Of a DNA stretch of 64,000 bases, positions 25,090 to 37,241 are shown piece after piece; position 1 is the first letter of the stretch; each line of letters opens with the position of its first letter. The notes beneath the pieces are model-generated. The model had not been told where the DNA came from and ran no database searches. It worked only from the letters and a program-made list of their open reading frames with translations. The stretch covers positions 496,001 to 560,000 of the forward strand of contig NW_027140453.1 in NCBI RefSeq assembly GCF_036365525.1. Reading direction: 5' to 3'. A program made the translations under genes and the position numbers. Source of the DNA: Heterodontus francisci (lineage: Eukaryota).

Positions 25090-25445
25090 AATCTACTGCT
25101 GCCACCTGCTGGCGGAAAATGAGCACTGAGATTCAATCTACTGCTGCCACCTGCTGGCGACAAATGAGCACTGAGATTCATTCTCTGCTGCCCCCTGCCG
25201 GGGGAGGATGAGCACTGAGATTCAATCTACTGCTGCCACCTGCTGGCGACAAATGAGCACTGAGATTCATTCTCTGCTGCCCCCTGCCGGGGGAGGATGA
25301 GCACTGAGATTCAATCTACTGCTGCCACCTGCTGGCGACAAATGAGCACTGAGATTCATTCTCTGCTGCCCCCTGCCGGGGGAAGATGAGCACTGCGAAT
25401 TCAATCTACTGCTGCCCCCTGCCAGTTGAAGATGAGCACTGAACT
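25090..25445 (-). repeat. Eight-copy 44-45-bp tandem array of CTCF-like motifs immediately 3' of the V2 RSS
   Basis: Minus-strand cores CCAGCAGGTGGCAGCA alternating with CCGGCAGGGGGCAGCA (89-bp dimer), each preceded by TCAGTGCTC. Confidence 0.85.
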
Positions 25446-25462
25446 CCCATTCATCCACTGCA

Positions 25463-25501
25463 GGTTTTTGCAGCTGAGGATCCGCTTTCTCAGACACTGT
25501 G
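25463..25501 (-). promoter_or_regulatory. V2 23-RSS (CACAGTG-23-GCAAAAACC)
   Basis: Perfect heptamer, 8/9 nonamer, 23-bp spacer. Confidence 0.95.
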
Positions 25502-26336
25502 CGATACTACAAGTGCAGAAATAGACAGCGGTGTGAGATGGAGCGGCGTCTCTCAGTGCCAAAGTAAACAGTGTATTGCTGGCTCTGTCTGCCTTAAATG
25601 ACTCGGACGTGTAATTGGTGACAGACCCTGTTCCAGCAGAATAGAACAGAGCTTCCAGTGCCCTGTCTGGTTGTTGTCTGTACCAGTACATTAATGTATA
25701 GCCAGTATTCTTCAGCGTGCATCTGAGTGTTGTCGACTCTCCTGCGGAAAGTGATAGGATAGAGGGTGACTGTTCCACATAGGAGGAGAGTATTCCTGTG
25801 GGACGGAACATCGATTAGATTATTATTTCAGTCAATAATGGATTGGAGCAGAGGCTGCATTACAAGAAAGAGAGGGCTTACATTAATATATCGCCGTTCA
25901 GGACCTCAGGGCAACAGAAAGGGCTTTGCAACCAATGTAGTTACTCCCTCAGGACGGCCTCTGCGACAGTGCGGCACTCCCTCAGTACTGCCTCTGCAAC
26001 AGTGCTGCACTCCCTCAGTACTGCCTCTGCGACAGTGCAGCACTCCCTCAGTACTGCCTCTGCGACAGTGCAGTATTCCCTCAGTACTGCCTCTGCGACA
26101 GTGCAGCACACCCTCAGTACTGCCTCTGCGACAGTCCAGCACTCCCTCAGTCCTGACACCTGGGGTGTTAGTTTTGACTTTGAGCTCAAGTGTTCTGGAG
26201 TGAGACTCTGACACAGCAGTGTTACGGAACAGAATCACCGCTGACATTACAATACATTATTCGACACAGTTTCTGACTTTGACTTACGTGGGAAGAGTGC
26301 AGCCATCAAGATTAGACAGAGAACTTCATGCAACAT
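25502..26336 (-). CDS. TRBV: Intact TRBV-like segment V2, a different family (leader 26288-26336, V exon 25502-25795): MLHEVLCLILMAALFPRILSSYVEQSP...WYRQ...AVYFCTCSI
   Basis: 49-nt leader with gtaagt donor, cacag acceptor, open V domain with canonical Cys/Trp, 23-RSS. Confidence 0.93.
25955..26155 (+). repeat. 33-bp minisatellite in the V2 leader intron
   Basis: CAGTGCAGCACTCCCTCAGTACTGCCTCTGCGA x ~6. Confidence 0.9.
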
Positions 26337-28332
26337 GATTTCTTCATTCGATACTAACTCGATGTGTGAACGTGTGGAGTTTTCAACAACACACTTGCAG
26401 GCGGTTTCTATATTGTATCCAATTAAATACCCAGCATCCGGTTGTCATTGTTATTGGCAGTCACTTACTGCGACACTCTGCTCCACCCCATTACTTTACA
26501 TAGCAATGTTGTGGAATGATACAACACAGGAGGATAGGGGGAGATTGAATAGAGGTGTTCACATTTCAGAAAGGGATTTGATAGAGTAGAATTCAGGGAA
26601 ACAACCCTCCATACCCAGAGAGTGTGTACATCCCTTATTGCCCCTGAGAAGGTGGTGGTGAACCATCTTCGGGAATACCTGCTGGGCCATATCAGAGGGC
26701 AGTTAACAGTCAACTACATTGCAGTGGGTCTGCAGTCACATATAGGCCAGACCGGGTAATAATGGCAGATTTCCTTCCCTGAAGGTTATCAATGAATACG
26801 TTGGCTTTTTACGACACTCCATGTTCAGAATTGCTCTTACTTTCCATTACAGATTTTATTTATTTACTTAATTAAATTTAAATTCCATTTCTGCCCCTGC
26901 TGAGAACTGAACTCATATCTGGGGATCATTAGTCCAGGCCTCTGGATTACTAGTCCAGTAACATAACTGCTCTGCTCCCGTACCTCGTTGCAGAATCGGA
27001 GTTAAAGTGTGAAATAGTTCACTGGTCTGAACTGCTAGTTTCTTTGAAGAACACATCAAATGTGACTCGAGTCTGAGATGAAAGTGGGTAAAGAGTTTTC
27101 AGCAGCTTCTGAACTCGCTGTCAGGAGGCAGGTGTCCCAGAGATGAAGGTATCTGGAGAGCGGTCTCGCCTTTCTACAGTGTGAAACAGTGCTCAGATGG
27201 CTAAGGGTTCTGAGCTGGGTTAGTTCCTGTACATTGGGGAGTTGTTCACCTCTGTGTAGTGAAGGTTAGAGGGAGATGAACCAGACTGGAACCAGGGATG
27301 AGGGACTTCAGTTACTGTGGAGAGACTGTAGAAGCTGGGGGTTTATCCCCTTAGAGCAGAGAAGGTTAATGGAAGATGTGATTCTAGATATTGAAGATCA
27401 TAGAGGATTTTGATAGATAATTGATGACAAACCAGATCATCAACTGGTTAATATATAGAAAATCTATGAAAAGATGGGCATTCATTACATTACTGCAATA
27501 TGTTTAATTAATTCATACAAACTGTAATCACCTAAAGATATAGTTAGATAGATAGAGAGACAGAGAGATAGATAACCAGGTAGAGAGATAGATAGATCGA
27601 GAGACAGTCAGGTAGACAGATAGATATAGAGAGAGGTAGAGAAATAGAGGGATCGAGGGAAAGTCAGATAGGTTGTGAAATAGCGAGCTGGATAGAGAGA
27701 CAGTCAGGTAGACAGGTAGATATAGAGAGAGAGGTAGATAGAGGGAAAGTCAGATAGGTAGAGAAATAGCGAGCTGCATAGAGAGACAGTCAGATAGACA
27801 GATAGATATGGAGAGAGGTCGAGAAATAGAGAGATAGAGGGAAAGTCATATAGGTAGAGAAATAACGAGCTAGATAGAGAGACAGTCAGGTAGACAGATA
27901 GATATGTGGAAAGGTAGAGAAATAGAGAGATAGAGGGAAAGTCAGAGAGGTAGAGAAATAGCGAGCGAGAGCGACAGTCACTGCCCCTGTAAAAGGCAGG
28001 GTTGTTAATTGTCATTCTCTCATTTTACACCAGCTTGGTAACTGGAGTGAGAGAGAGGGATGGAGGGAGAGAGAGAGAGAGAGGGGGGGAATGCAGAGAG
28101 GGACCGACAAGAAGTTATTGATCAGTCATGATCTCATTGAAGGACGGAGTGTTTCCGAGGTGATGAATGTTCTCCTTATGTTCCCAGGTTACTGTTAAAG
28201 TGTGTTCCAGACTCTGATGTTTATCATGGTCCTACAGCGCACTCTGCTGTCCCTTTGGAGAAAGAAAACACCGTGACATCAAACCACACCGTATGTATGT
28301 ATGTATGAATGTTTGTATGTATGTATGTATCC

Positions 28333-28383
<51 letters not shown>

Positions 28384-28756
28384 GCTCTATCTATCTGTGT
28401 TTATCTGATCTTCACTTCACATATTAAAGTCTTTAATTATCTCTCTAAGACGGATGAAGGTTTACCCTTCATTCTTCTCCTTTCTGGAACAAAGATCCCC
28501 CGATGTTCAAACTATCTTGATAACTTTAACCTCTGTTTCCTGATATCATTCCTGTAAAGTCTATTTCACAATTCCCCTGTGCTTCTATTTCTAACCAGTC
28601 TCTATCTATTTAAATCCGTCCTGTCTTGTGAAAAACATGTTCCCAATGATGAAAACACCCAACAGGACGCAGCACCGCCTGGTTTTATCTGAAACAGGTG
28701 TTTCCTGCTGCCTTTGGGGTTTTTGTTGAACTTCTCCATCTCTCTGAGTCAGTGTG

Positions 28757-29213
28757 AAGACTCCAGGCTCAGAGATACACGGCCGAGTGATTCTCCTGCA
28801 GGCTGGAGGTCTCCAGGTTGAACTGGGAGTCAGTCGGTCTCTCCACAGTGAAACCGCCCACCGTCCCCTCTGGATCCACATAGTTAGCAATACTGGAGTA
28901 AAACATCAGCAGCGGCTCCTTCCCCGGCTCTTGTCTGCACCAGTACATGGAGATGATACTGCTGCTCCCCTCCAGAGTGCACCTCAGTTCCACTCCTTTC
29001 CCGGGTAATCTGGAGACAGCGGCAGGAATCTGGTGGATAGTCTGTGAGTTCACATCTGGGAGAGAGATGGAGAGAGGAGGAGATCAGTAAACAGGGAACT
29101 TCTGGGAATGAAAGGGAGACAGAGAGAGGAGAGGAAGGTTATTAACAATAATTTTTTGCATTTCACACTCACTTACAATGAAACAGGATTCTCAGACACA
29201 GTAACTGATGCAT
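28757..29213 (-). pseudogene. TRBV: TRBV-like pseudogene V3 (V1 family)
   Basis: Leader 29177-29213, V exon from 29055; Cys104 codon is TGA (28771-28769), WYRQ->WCRQ; RSS CACACTG-23-ACAAAAACC at 28718-28756. Confidence 0.92.
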
Positions 29214-29954
29214 CTTTCACTTCAACTTGTTCTATTAATAGACATAGGAGTGAGATCAGGAGCTTAGAGTCTTGTGAGGGTCCAAATCCACTCTTTACAA
29301 ATCATTGGGAGGAACATGAAGAGCGTTAGGAAGTGATACAATGTTGGAGACGCCCATACACCCAGGTGAACAAATCACAATCAAATTGTTTGCCAATCTA
29401 CTTCTCTCTCTTTCTCTCAGTTTACCTTCCACTCTCTCCCTCTCTCTCAGTTTACCTTTCGCTGTCTCCCTCTCTCTGACTCTCTCTCTCTCTCTCAGTT
29501 TACCTTCCGCACTCTCCCTCTCTCTCAGTTTACCTTCCACTCTCTCCGTCTCTCTCTGACTCTCTCTCTCTCTCTCCCAATTTCTTAGTTTTGCTATCTC
29601 TTTAGTTCTTTCTCTGTCACTGTGTTTGTCTCTATCTCTATCGCCCTATCTGTCTCAGGCTTTGTTTTTTTTAATCTCAGTCTCTCTTTCTCTCCTCCTC
29701 TCTCCCGCTGTCCACTCTGTCGATCTCTCTCTCTCATTATGTCTCTCTTGCTGTCTCGCTGTCTTTGACGCTATCTTTGTCTCCCTATCTCGTGACATCC
29801 TTATTCATCGTTCTTTGCACCCTCGCCAGTACCTGTAAATTCAATTTGTCACTACAATCATAACTCAGTTCTTTTTATTGTAATAAACGCTTTCACTCTG
29901 CATAAGGGCCACAGAGCAATTTTATCTGAAACAGGTGTTTCCTGCAGCCTTTTG

Positions 29955-30310
29955 GGTTTTTGTTGAACAGCTCCATCCCGCTGAGTCACTGTGATGTCTT
30001 CAGGCACAGAAATACAAGGCCGAGTGATTCTCCCGCAGGCTGGAGGACTCCAGGTTGTACTCGGAGTCAGTCGGTCTCTCGGCAGTAAAATGGTCCACCG
30101 TCCCCTCTGGATCCACATAGTTAGCAGTATTGGAGTAAAACATCAACAGCGGCTTCTTCCCCAGATCTTGTCTGTACCAGTACATGCAGAGGGTACTGCT
30201 CCACTGTCCCCTCTGAGTTCACCCTTTGTGCAGTTAGGGAGTAAAACATCAGCTGCGGCTCCTTCCCCAGATATTGTCTGTCCCAGTACATCTGAGTGAT
30301 ACTGGTACCA
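29955..30310 (-). pseudogene. TRBV: Fused 5'-truncated TRBV-like fragments V4/V5 (V1 family) with intact 23-RSS
   Basis: 30185-29994 MYWYRQ...ALYFCA* (Trp->TGA) with CACAGTG-23-ACAAAAACC at 29955-29993; a second fragment QMYWDRQYLGKEPQLMFYS...EGTVE at ~30200-30310; no FR1/leader. Confidence 0.88.
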
Positions 30311-30479
30311 TGCACAGGCTCGACAGAGGGGATGAATGGGCCTCCACCTGTTCCTGTGTAACAGGCTCGACAGAGGGGCTGAATGGGCCTCCTGCTGTGC
30401 CTGCGTAACAGTCCCGACAGAGGGACTGAAAGGGCCTCCTGCTGTTCCTGCATAACAGGGTCGACGGAGGGGCTTTATG

Positions 30480-31520
30480 GACTCCCTCAGTACTGACCCT
30501 CTGACAGTGCAGCACTCACTCAGTACTGCTCCTCTGACAGGGCAGCACTCCCTCAGTACTGACCCTTGACAGTGCAGCACTCACTCAGTACTGCTCCTCT
30601 CACAGTGCAGCACTCCCTCAGTACTGACCCTCTGACAGTACAGCACTCACTCAGTACTGACCCTCTGACAGTGCAGCACTAACTCAGTACTGCTCCTCTG
30701 ACAGGGCAGCACTCCCTCAGTACTGACCCTCTGACAGTGCAGCACTCACTCAGTACTGCCCCAATAACTGTGCAGCACTCCCTCAGTACTGACCCTCTGA
30801 CAGTGCAGCACTCCCTCAGTACTGACCCTCTGACAGTACAGCACTCACTCAGTACTGACCCTTGACAGTGCAGCACTCACTCAGTACTGCTCCTCTCACA
30901 GTGCAGCACTCCCTCAGTACTGATCCACTGACAGTGCAGCACTCCCTCAGTACTGACCCTCTGACAGTACAGCACTCACTCAGTACTGACCCTCTAACAG
31001 TGCAGCACTCCCTCAGTTTGTCCCTCTGACAGTGCAGCACTCCCTCAGTTCTGACCCTCGCAGAGTGCTGCACTCCCTCAGTTAGCCCCTCTGACAGTGC
31101 AGCACTCACTCAGTACTGACCCTCGGACAGTGCAGCACTCCCTCCGTACTGACCCTCCGACAGTGCAGCACTCCTTCAGTTTTCCCCTCTGACAGTGCAG
31201 CACTCACTCAGTACTGACCCTCTGTCAGTGCAGCACTCCCTCAGTACTGGCCCTGTCACAGTGCAGCACTCACTCAGTACTGACCCTCCGACAGTGCCGC
31301 ACACCCTCAGTCCTGACCCTCTAACAGTGCAGCACTCCCTCAGTACTGACCCTCTGTGAGTGAAGCGCTCCCTCAGTACTGACCTTCCAACAGTGCAGCA
31401 CTCCCTCAGTACAGACCCTCTGACAGTGCAGCACTCCCTCAGTATTGACCCTCTGACAGTACAGCACTCTCTCAGTACTGACCCTACGACAGTGCAGCAC
31501 TCCCTCAGTACTGCCCTCAT
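30480..31520 (+). repeat. 33-bp minisatellite (CAGTGCAGCACTCCCTCAGTACTGACCCTCTGA)n
   Basis: ~30 tandem copies. Confidence 0.95.
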
Positions 31521-33235
31521 AACTGAAGCTACTGTTTTCAGTTTCCGCTCCAAACTCCATTCCTTAACTACTGACTCTACCTCTCTCCCCGGCAGCGGTC
31601 TGAGTTTAAGCCAGTCTGTTCGAAATCCTGGTGCCACATTTGACGCCGAGATGCGCTTCTGACCTCATGTAGGCACCATCACTAACGCTGCACATTTCCA
31701 CCTCTGTAAGATCACCCGAACGCGCCCCAATTTCAGCTGAAATGTGGCTGAAACCCTCATTCAAGACATTGTCAGCTCTAGACTTGACAATGTCAAGGCA
31801 GTCCTGATGCTCAAACAATTTCTGTAAACCTGAGGTCATCTAAAACTCTTCTGCCTGTGTCTTAAGTTGCTCCAAGTCCTGATCCCCTGTCACTCCTGCT
31901 CTCACTGCCCTACATTGTCTCCCAGTCAAGCAACATCCACATTTTAAGTTTCTCGTCCTTGTCCTCAAATCCCCCATGGCCCTTCCCCTCCCTATCGCGT
32001 TGACCTTCTACAGCCCTCCCTATCTCTGTAACCTGCACCAGTCTCTACAACCCTCCCTATTGCGTTAACCTCCTCAGCTCCTACAGCCCTCCCTATCTCT
32101 GTAACATCCACCAGCTCCTACAGCCCTCCCTATCTCTGTAACCTGCCCCAGTCTCTACAACCCTCCCTATCGCGTTAACCTCCTCCAGCTCCAACAGCCC
32201 TCCCAATCTCTGTAACCTCCACCAGCTCCAACAATCCTCCCTATCTCTGTAGCCTCCACCAGTCTCTACAACCCTTCCAATCGCGTTAACCTCCTCCAGC
32301 TCCTACAGCCCTCCCTATCTCTGTAACCTCCACCAGCTCCAACAATCCTCCTTATCTCTGTAATCACCACCAGTCTCTACAACTCTCCCTATCTCTGTAA
32401 CCTCCACCAGTCTCTACAACCCTCCCTATCTCTGTAACCTCCACCAGCTCGTACAGCTCTCCCTATCTCTGTAACCTCCACCAGTCTCTACAACACTCCC
32501 TATCGCGTTAACCTCCTCCAGCTCCAACAACCCTCCCTATCTCTGTAACATCCACCAGCTCGTACAGCTCTCCCTATCTCTGTAACCTCCACCAGTCTCT
32601 ACAACACTCCCTATCGCGTTAACCTCCTCCAGCTCCTACAACCCTCCTTATCTCTGTAACCTCCACCAGTCTCTACAACCCTCCCTATCTCTGTAACCTC
32701 CACCATCTCCAACAACCCTCCCTATCTCTGTAATCTCCACCAGTCTCTGCAACCCTCCCTATCTCTGTAACATCCACCAGCTCCTACATCCCTCCCTATC
32801 TCTGTAACCTCCACCAGCTCCTACAACCCTCCCTATCTCTGTAACATCCACCAGCTCCGACAGCCATCCCTCTCTCTGTAACCTTCATCAGCACCTACAG
32901 CCCTCCCTATCGCTGTAACGTCCTCCAGCCTCTACAACCTTCCGGAATCTCTGCACTCCTCTAATTCTGGCCCTTTAAGCATCCCCGACCTTAATTGTTC
33001 AACCATTGGTGGTCACACCTTCAGTTGCCTGCGGCCTAAGCTCTGGAATTGCGTCGCTACACCTCTCCGCCTCTCCACCTCACTTTTCAATTTAAAATTC
33101 TCCTTAAAACTTACCTCTTTGACTGAGATTTTGATTGTCTGACCGAATCTTTCCTTATGTCACTCAGTTTCATACTGTGTTTATAATGCTCCTGTGAAGA
33201 GCCTTGGCAGGTTTTATTACATTAAAGGTGCGACA
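31520..33235 (+). mobile_element. L2/CR1-clade LINE 3' fragment with an internally expanded ~37-bp repeat (32010-32940)
   Basis: VRNPGATFD and AETLI..VSSRLD-like decayed RT motifs; internal repeat is the reverse complement of the 7466-10092 unit. Confidence 0.75.
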
Positions 33236-33929
33236 GTATTATAAATTGCTGTTTTGTCCCTTTCCCTGCCTCTGTACTTTATTAACATTTGTACCATCTC
33301 TCACCATTGCCGTTCTGAAGAAGGCTGACCAAGCTGAAACGTTAACTCTGTTTCTCTCTCCACAAATGCTGCCAGACCTACTCAATCTTCTGTTTGTGTT
33401 TCAGAGTTCCAGCATCTGCAATATTTTCCCATTGGTGCAATGTGTCAGTCGTGGGCGAGGGATCTCTCAATAACTCCCTCAAGTGGGCAGAATTCATTCA
33501 TCTTTCTGCAATGTAATCTGGGCAATGCTTGACTGTAAATGCAAATTCATTTCAGTCCCAATGTCAGGGGCACAGCAGCAGGGACATTGATATCTGCTCA
33601 GGGGCCTCACAATGTCGCGTGTCCTGCCTACAAAAGCCTTCTCCCAGCTCTCTGGCTTTGCTCATTGTTGTTTGCATATGTTGCTGAATGTGTACCTGTG
33701 GCCTGTGGGAGATCTTGTCTGTGCCTCTGATATGAACAGTCCACTGTTCTCCGACTGTGAGCATCTTCGGAAAAACATTTTTACTTTGCAGGTATTTTAT
33801 CAGCTGCCATAGAGCAGGAAGGACATAGAGGAGCAGAGCTGTAAAGAAATAACTGAGGGGTGAAAAAAATTATGTGATGATTTGAGACTTTAACGACCCT
33901 GATATTGAATTGGGCAGTCAGTAAGGTTA

Positions 33930-35540
33930 TAAGAAATGGGAGCAAGGAGTAGGCCTTTCGGCCCCTCGAGCCTGCTCAGCCATTCTATAAGTTCATGACT
34001 GATCTGATTGCAGCTTTAACTCCACTTTCCTTTCTGCCCTCCATAACCATGACACCCTTGTAGAATCAAAATCTGTCAAACTCAGGCTTGAATATATTCA
34101 ATGACCCAGCCTCCGTTGCTCTCCAAAGAACGGAGTTCCACAGACTCACAATCCTCTGAGAGAAAAATATCCTCCGCATCTCCGTCTTAAATGGGAGACC
34201 CCCTTATTCTGAAATTGTTACGCCTCGTTCTAGATTCCCAAACGAGAAGGAACATCCACTCAGCATCTACCCAGTCAAGCCCCCTCAGAATCTTACGTGG
34301 CTCATTTTTCTAAACTCCAATGAGTATCTGCCCAACCTCTTCAAACATTCCTCATAATAATCAAAGAATCACAGAATTGTGACCACGCAGAAGGAGGCCA
34401 TTCGGCCCATCGTGTCTGCACCGGCTCTCTGAAAGTGCAACTCCCTCAGTTCCACTCCCCCGGCCTCTTCCTGTAACCCTGCAAATTCTTCCATTTCATG
34501 TAACTGTCTAATTTTATTTTAAATGTTTCAGTTGAATCTGCCTCCACCATGTTCCCAGGCAGCGCATTCCAGACCTTAACCACTCGCTGCATGAAAACTT
34601 GTTTCCCCATGTCACTTTTGCTTCTCTTACCAAATACTTTAAATCTGTGCCCTCTCGTTCTCGATAATTTCACGAGTGGGAACAGTGTCTACTCTGTCCA
34701 GGCCCCTCATGATTTTGAATAGCTCTCTCAAATCACCTCCCAGCCTTCTCTTCTCCAAGGAAAACAGTCCTAACTTCTCCAATCTATCTTCATAACTGAA
34801 ATTCCTCATCCCTGGAACCATTCTTGTGAATCTCGTCTGTACTCTCTCAAATGCCCTCACACCTTTTCTCAAGTGCAACACCTAGAATTGGAGGCAATAC
34901 TCCAGCTGAGGACAAACTAGTGACTTATATGGGTTCAACATAACTTCCTTGCTCTTGTAATCTATGCCCCTATTAATATAGCCCAGGATACTGTATGCTT
35001 TATCAACCACTCTCTCAACCAGTCCTGCCATCTTCAATGACTGATGCACAGATACACACAGGTCTCTCTGCTCCTTCACTCCCTTTAGAATTGTAACCTC
35101 GATTCTATATTGTCTCTCCATGTTCTTCCTACCAAAATTAATCACTTCAAATTTCTCCACATTGAACCTCATCTGTCACTTGTCCGCCCATTCTACCAAC
35201 TTGTCTATGTCCTTTTGAAGTTCTACACTATCCTCCTCACAGTTCACAATGCTTCCAAGTTTCGTCTCATCTGCAAATTTTGAAATTGTGCCCTGTACTC
35301 CGAGGTCTAGGACATTAATATATATCAGTAAAAGCAAGGGTCCCAACACTGATCCCTGGGGAAGTCCACTACAAACTTTCCTCCAGCCCGAAAAACATCC
35401 ATTAACCACTATTCTCTGTTTCCTGTCACTCAGCCAATTTCGTAATCCATGCTGCTACCGTCCTATGCATTCCAAGAGCTACATGTTTGCTCACAAGTCT
35501 GATGTGTGGAACTGTATCAAATGCCTTTTGAAAGGTCAGG
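33930..35540 (-). mobile_element. CR1 LINE fragments
   Basis: GLPQGSVLGP, SKFADETKL, ERVQTRFTRM motifs. Confidence 0.92.
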
Positions 35541-36064
35541 ATTTCTCATTTTCCTCTGTCAGGCCTTGAATGAGCTGGATTATCCAGGGTGGAAGCACAG
35601 ACCAGAATAGAATGGAGTAGCACAAGGTTTGGGGAATGCTGGGCAGTCCCACCACGTACAGTCACATCCCTTCTGATCTCAGCCCTCAGCAATCATTTAA
35701 CAGTGAGTGTTCCCTCCCAGAACAAAAAAACACTGGATTTCCATGATCAGATGGGAAAGCCAGCAAAATCAATCAGCTTCTTGAGACGGTCAGGTTTAGC
35801 GTTCATAGATATATTGAGCAGACAGAGAATGCAATAAAACTGTAAACACACAGTTTACAATCAGATTTACAATCACACTGGGTGGTCAGGGAGTCAAACA
35901 CGATAAAAGGCCTTTCCATGCTGCAGCTCTCCTTGTTTGAATGTCCATCAATGGAAGATACGCAGCCATGTTCACTTATTGCAGACGTTTTACATTGTTA
36001 CACTGGAGAGTTGTGACCAATGAGTCATTTCACAACAGTTCAACAGACTAATCAGGATGTTAAT

Positions 36065-36600
36065 ATTGGGAAATTGGAGAGGAGCAGGGAGTCAGTGAAT
36101 GGCAATAGTTCCAGGGGTTATGTTTGAACAGGGTTCGGAGTGAGTTAAGACACAGGCAGCAAATGTTTGTATGAGGATAAGATCAGGAAGTGTGAAAGAT
36201 GTGCGGTTGGCCAGGAGAGTATTGGAATAGTCCAGGCTCGAGGTAACAGAGGCACTGATGAGGGTTCCAGCAGCAGATGAGCTGAAGCAGGGGCGGAGTC
36301 GAGAGATGGTGTGGAGGTGGAAATGGACAGTCTTGGTGATGGTGTGGATATGTGGTCGGAAACTCATCTCGGGGTCAAACACAACAACAAAGGCTAAAAA
36401 CTGTCTTGATCAGTTTCAGACAGGTACCAGAGATGGTGTCGGTGGTCCAAGAATGACATTTGTGTCGGGGATCACAGACAATGGCTTCAGTCTTCCCAAT
36501 ATTTAGTAGGAGAAAATATCTGCTCATCCAGTATTGGATGTTAGACAAGCAGTGTGGCAGAGCAGAGACAATGGAAGCATTCACAGAGGTGTTATTGAGA
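36065..36600 (-). mobile_element. L2-clade LINE fragment
   Basis: WMSRYFLLLNIGKTE, VTSSLDYSN motifs. Confidence 0.8.
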
Positions 36601-37241
36601 TGGAGTGTTGTCAGCATTAGGTTCCTGAGCTCAGTACAACTCCCTTCCTTTGTTATTAAACATTTGACATATGCCACACATAAATGCTTTGTACTCAATG
36701 AAAGCTTTCCTTTTCAATATATTTTGATTCTGCAAAGTTCAGCATCAACCGATCCCCCATTCTGCATGAACCCTCAATTTAAAAGATGTTATCGACCCTG
36801 AGGTTCTCCTTGGACAAGGACGAACTGTTTTCCTTGCCCCAATTCTCAGTGCTGACAGCTCCATGAAACTTCGGGACCTCTACTCAATGGTAGATCTTTA
36901 AAGAAACTCCCTCATTAAACCTGAGATCACTTCATCCTGAAACTGGCCAGAGCTGTCAGGTTAGTCTGGGTTCAGCTGACCAGTGGTCACTGTACACAAA
37001 TGGGATCGTAGTTCTCTATTTAACAAAGCAATAGCGTAAAGCTCCCACACCCCCGCAGTATAAAGACACACCAATTACAGTTTAACATTAGCATACTTCT
37101 AGTCGGAGATTAACCCTTTGCTGACAATTTCCTTGAGTTAAACAAGGTGAAGATAAGATGGTACAGTGATTGAGTGAGAATCTAAAACACACAGAGACTG
37201 GATCACACGTGTCGGGTGCTTGTTGACATGTCCAAACACCT

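Noticed and set aside
25090-25445. CRISPR-like regularly spaced repeats
   Set aside because: Vertebrate DNA, no unique spacers and no cas genes; a tandem repeat
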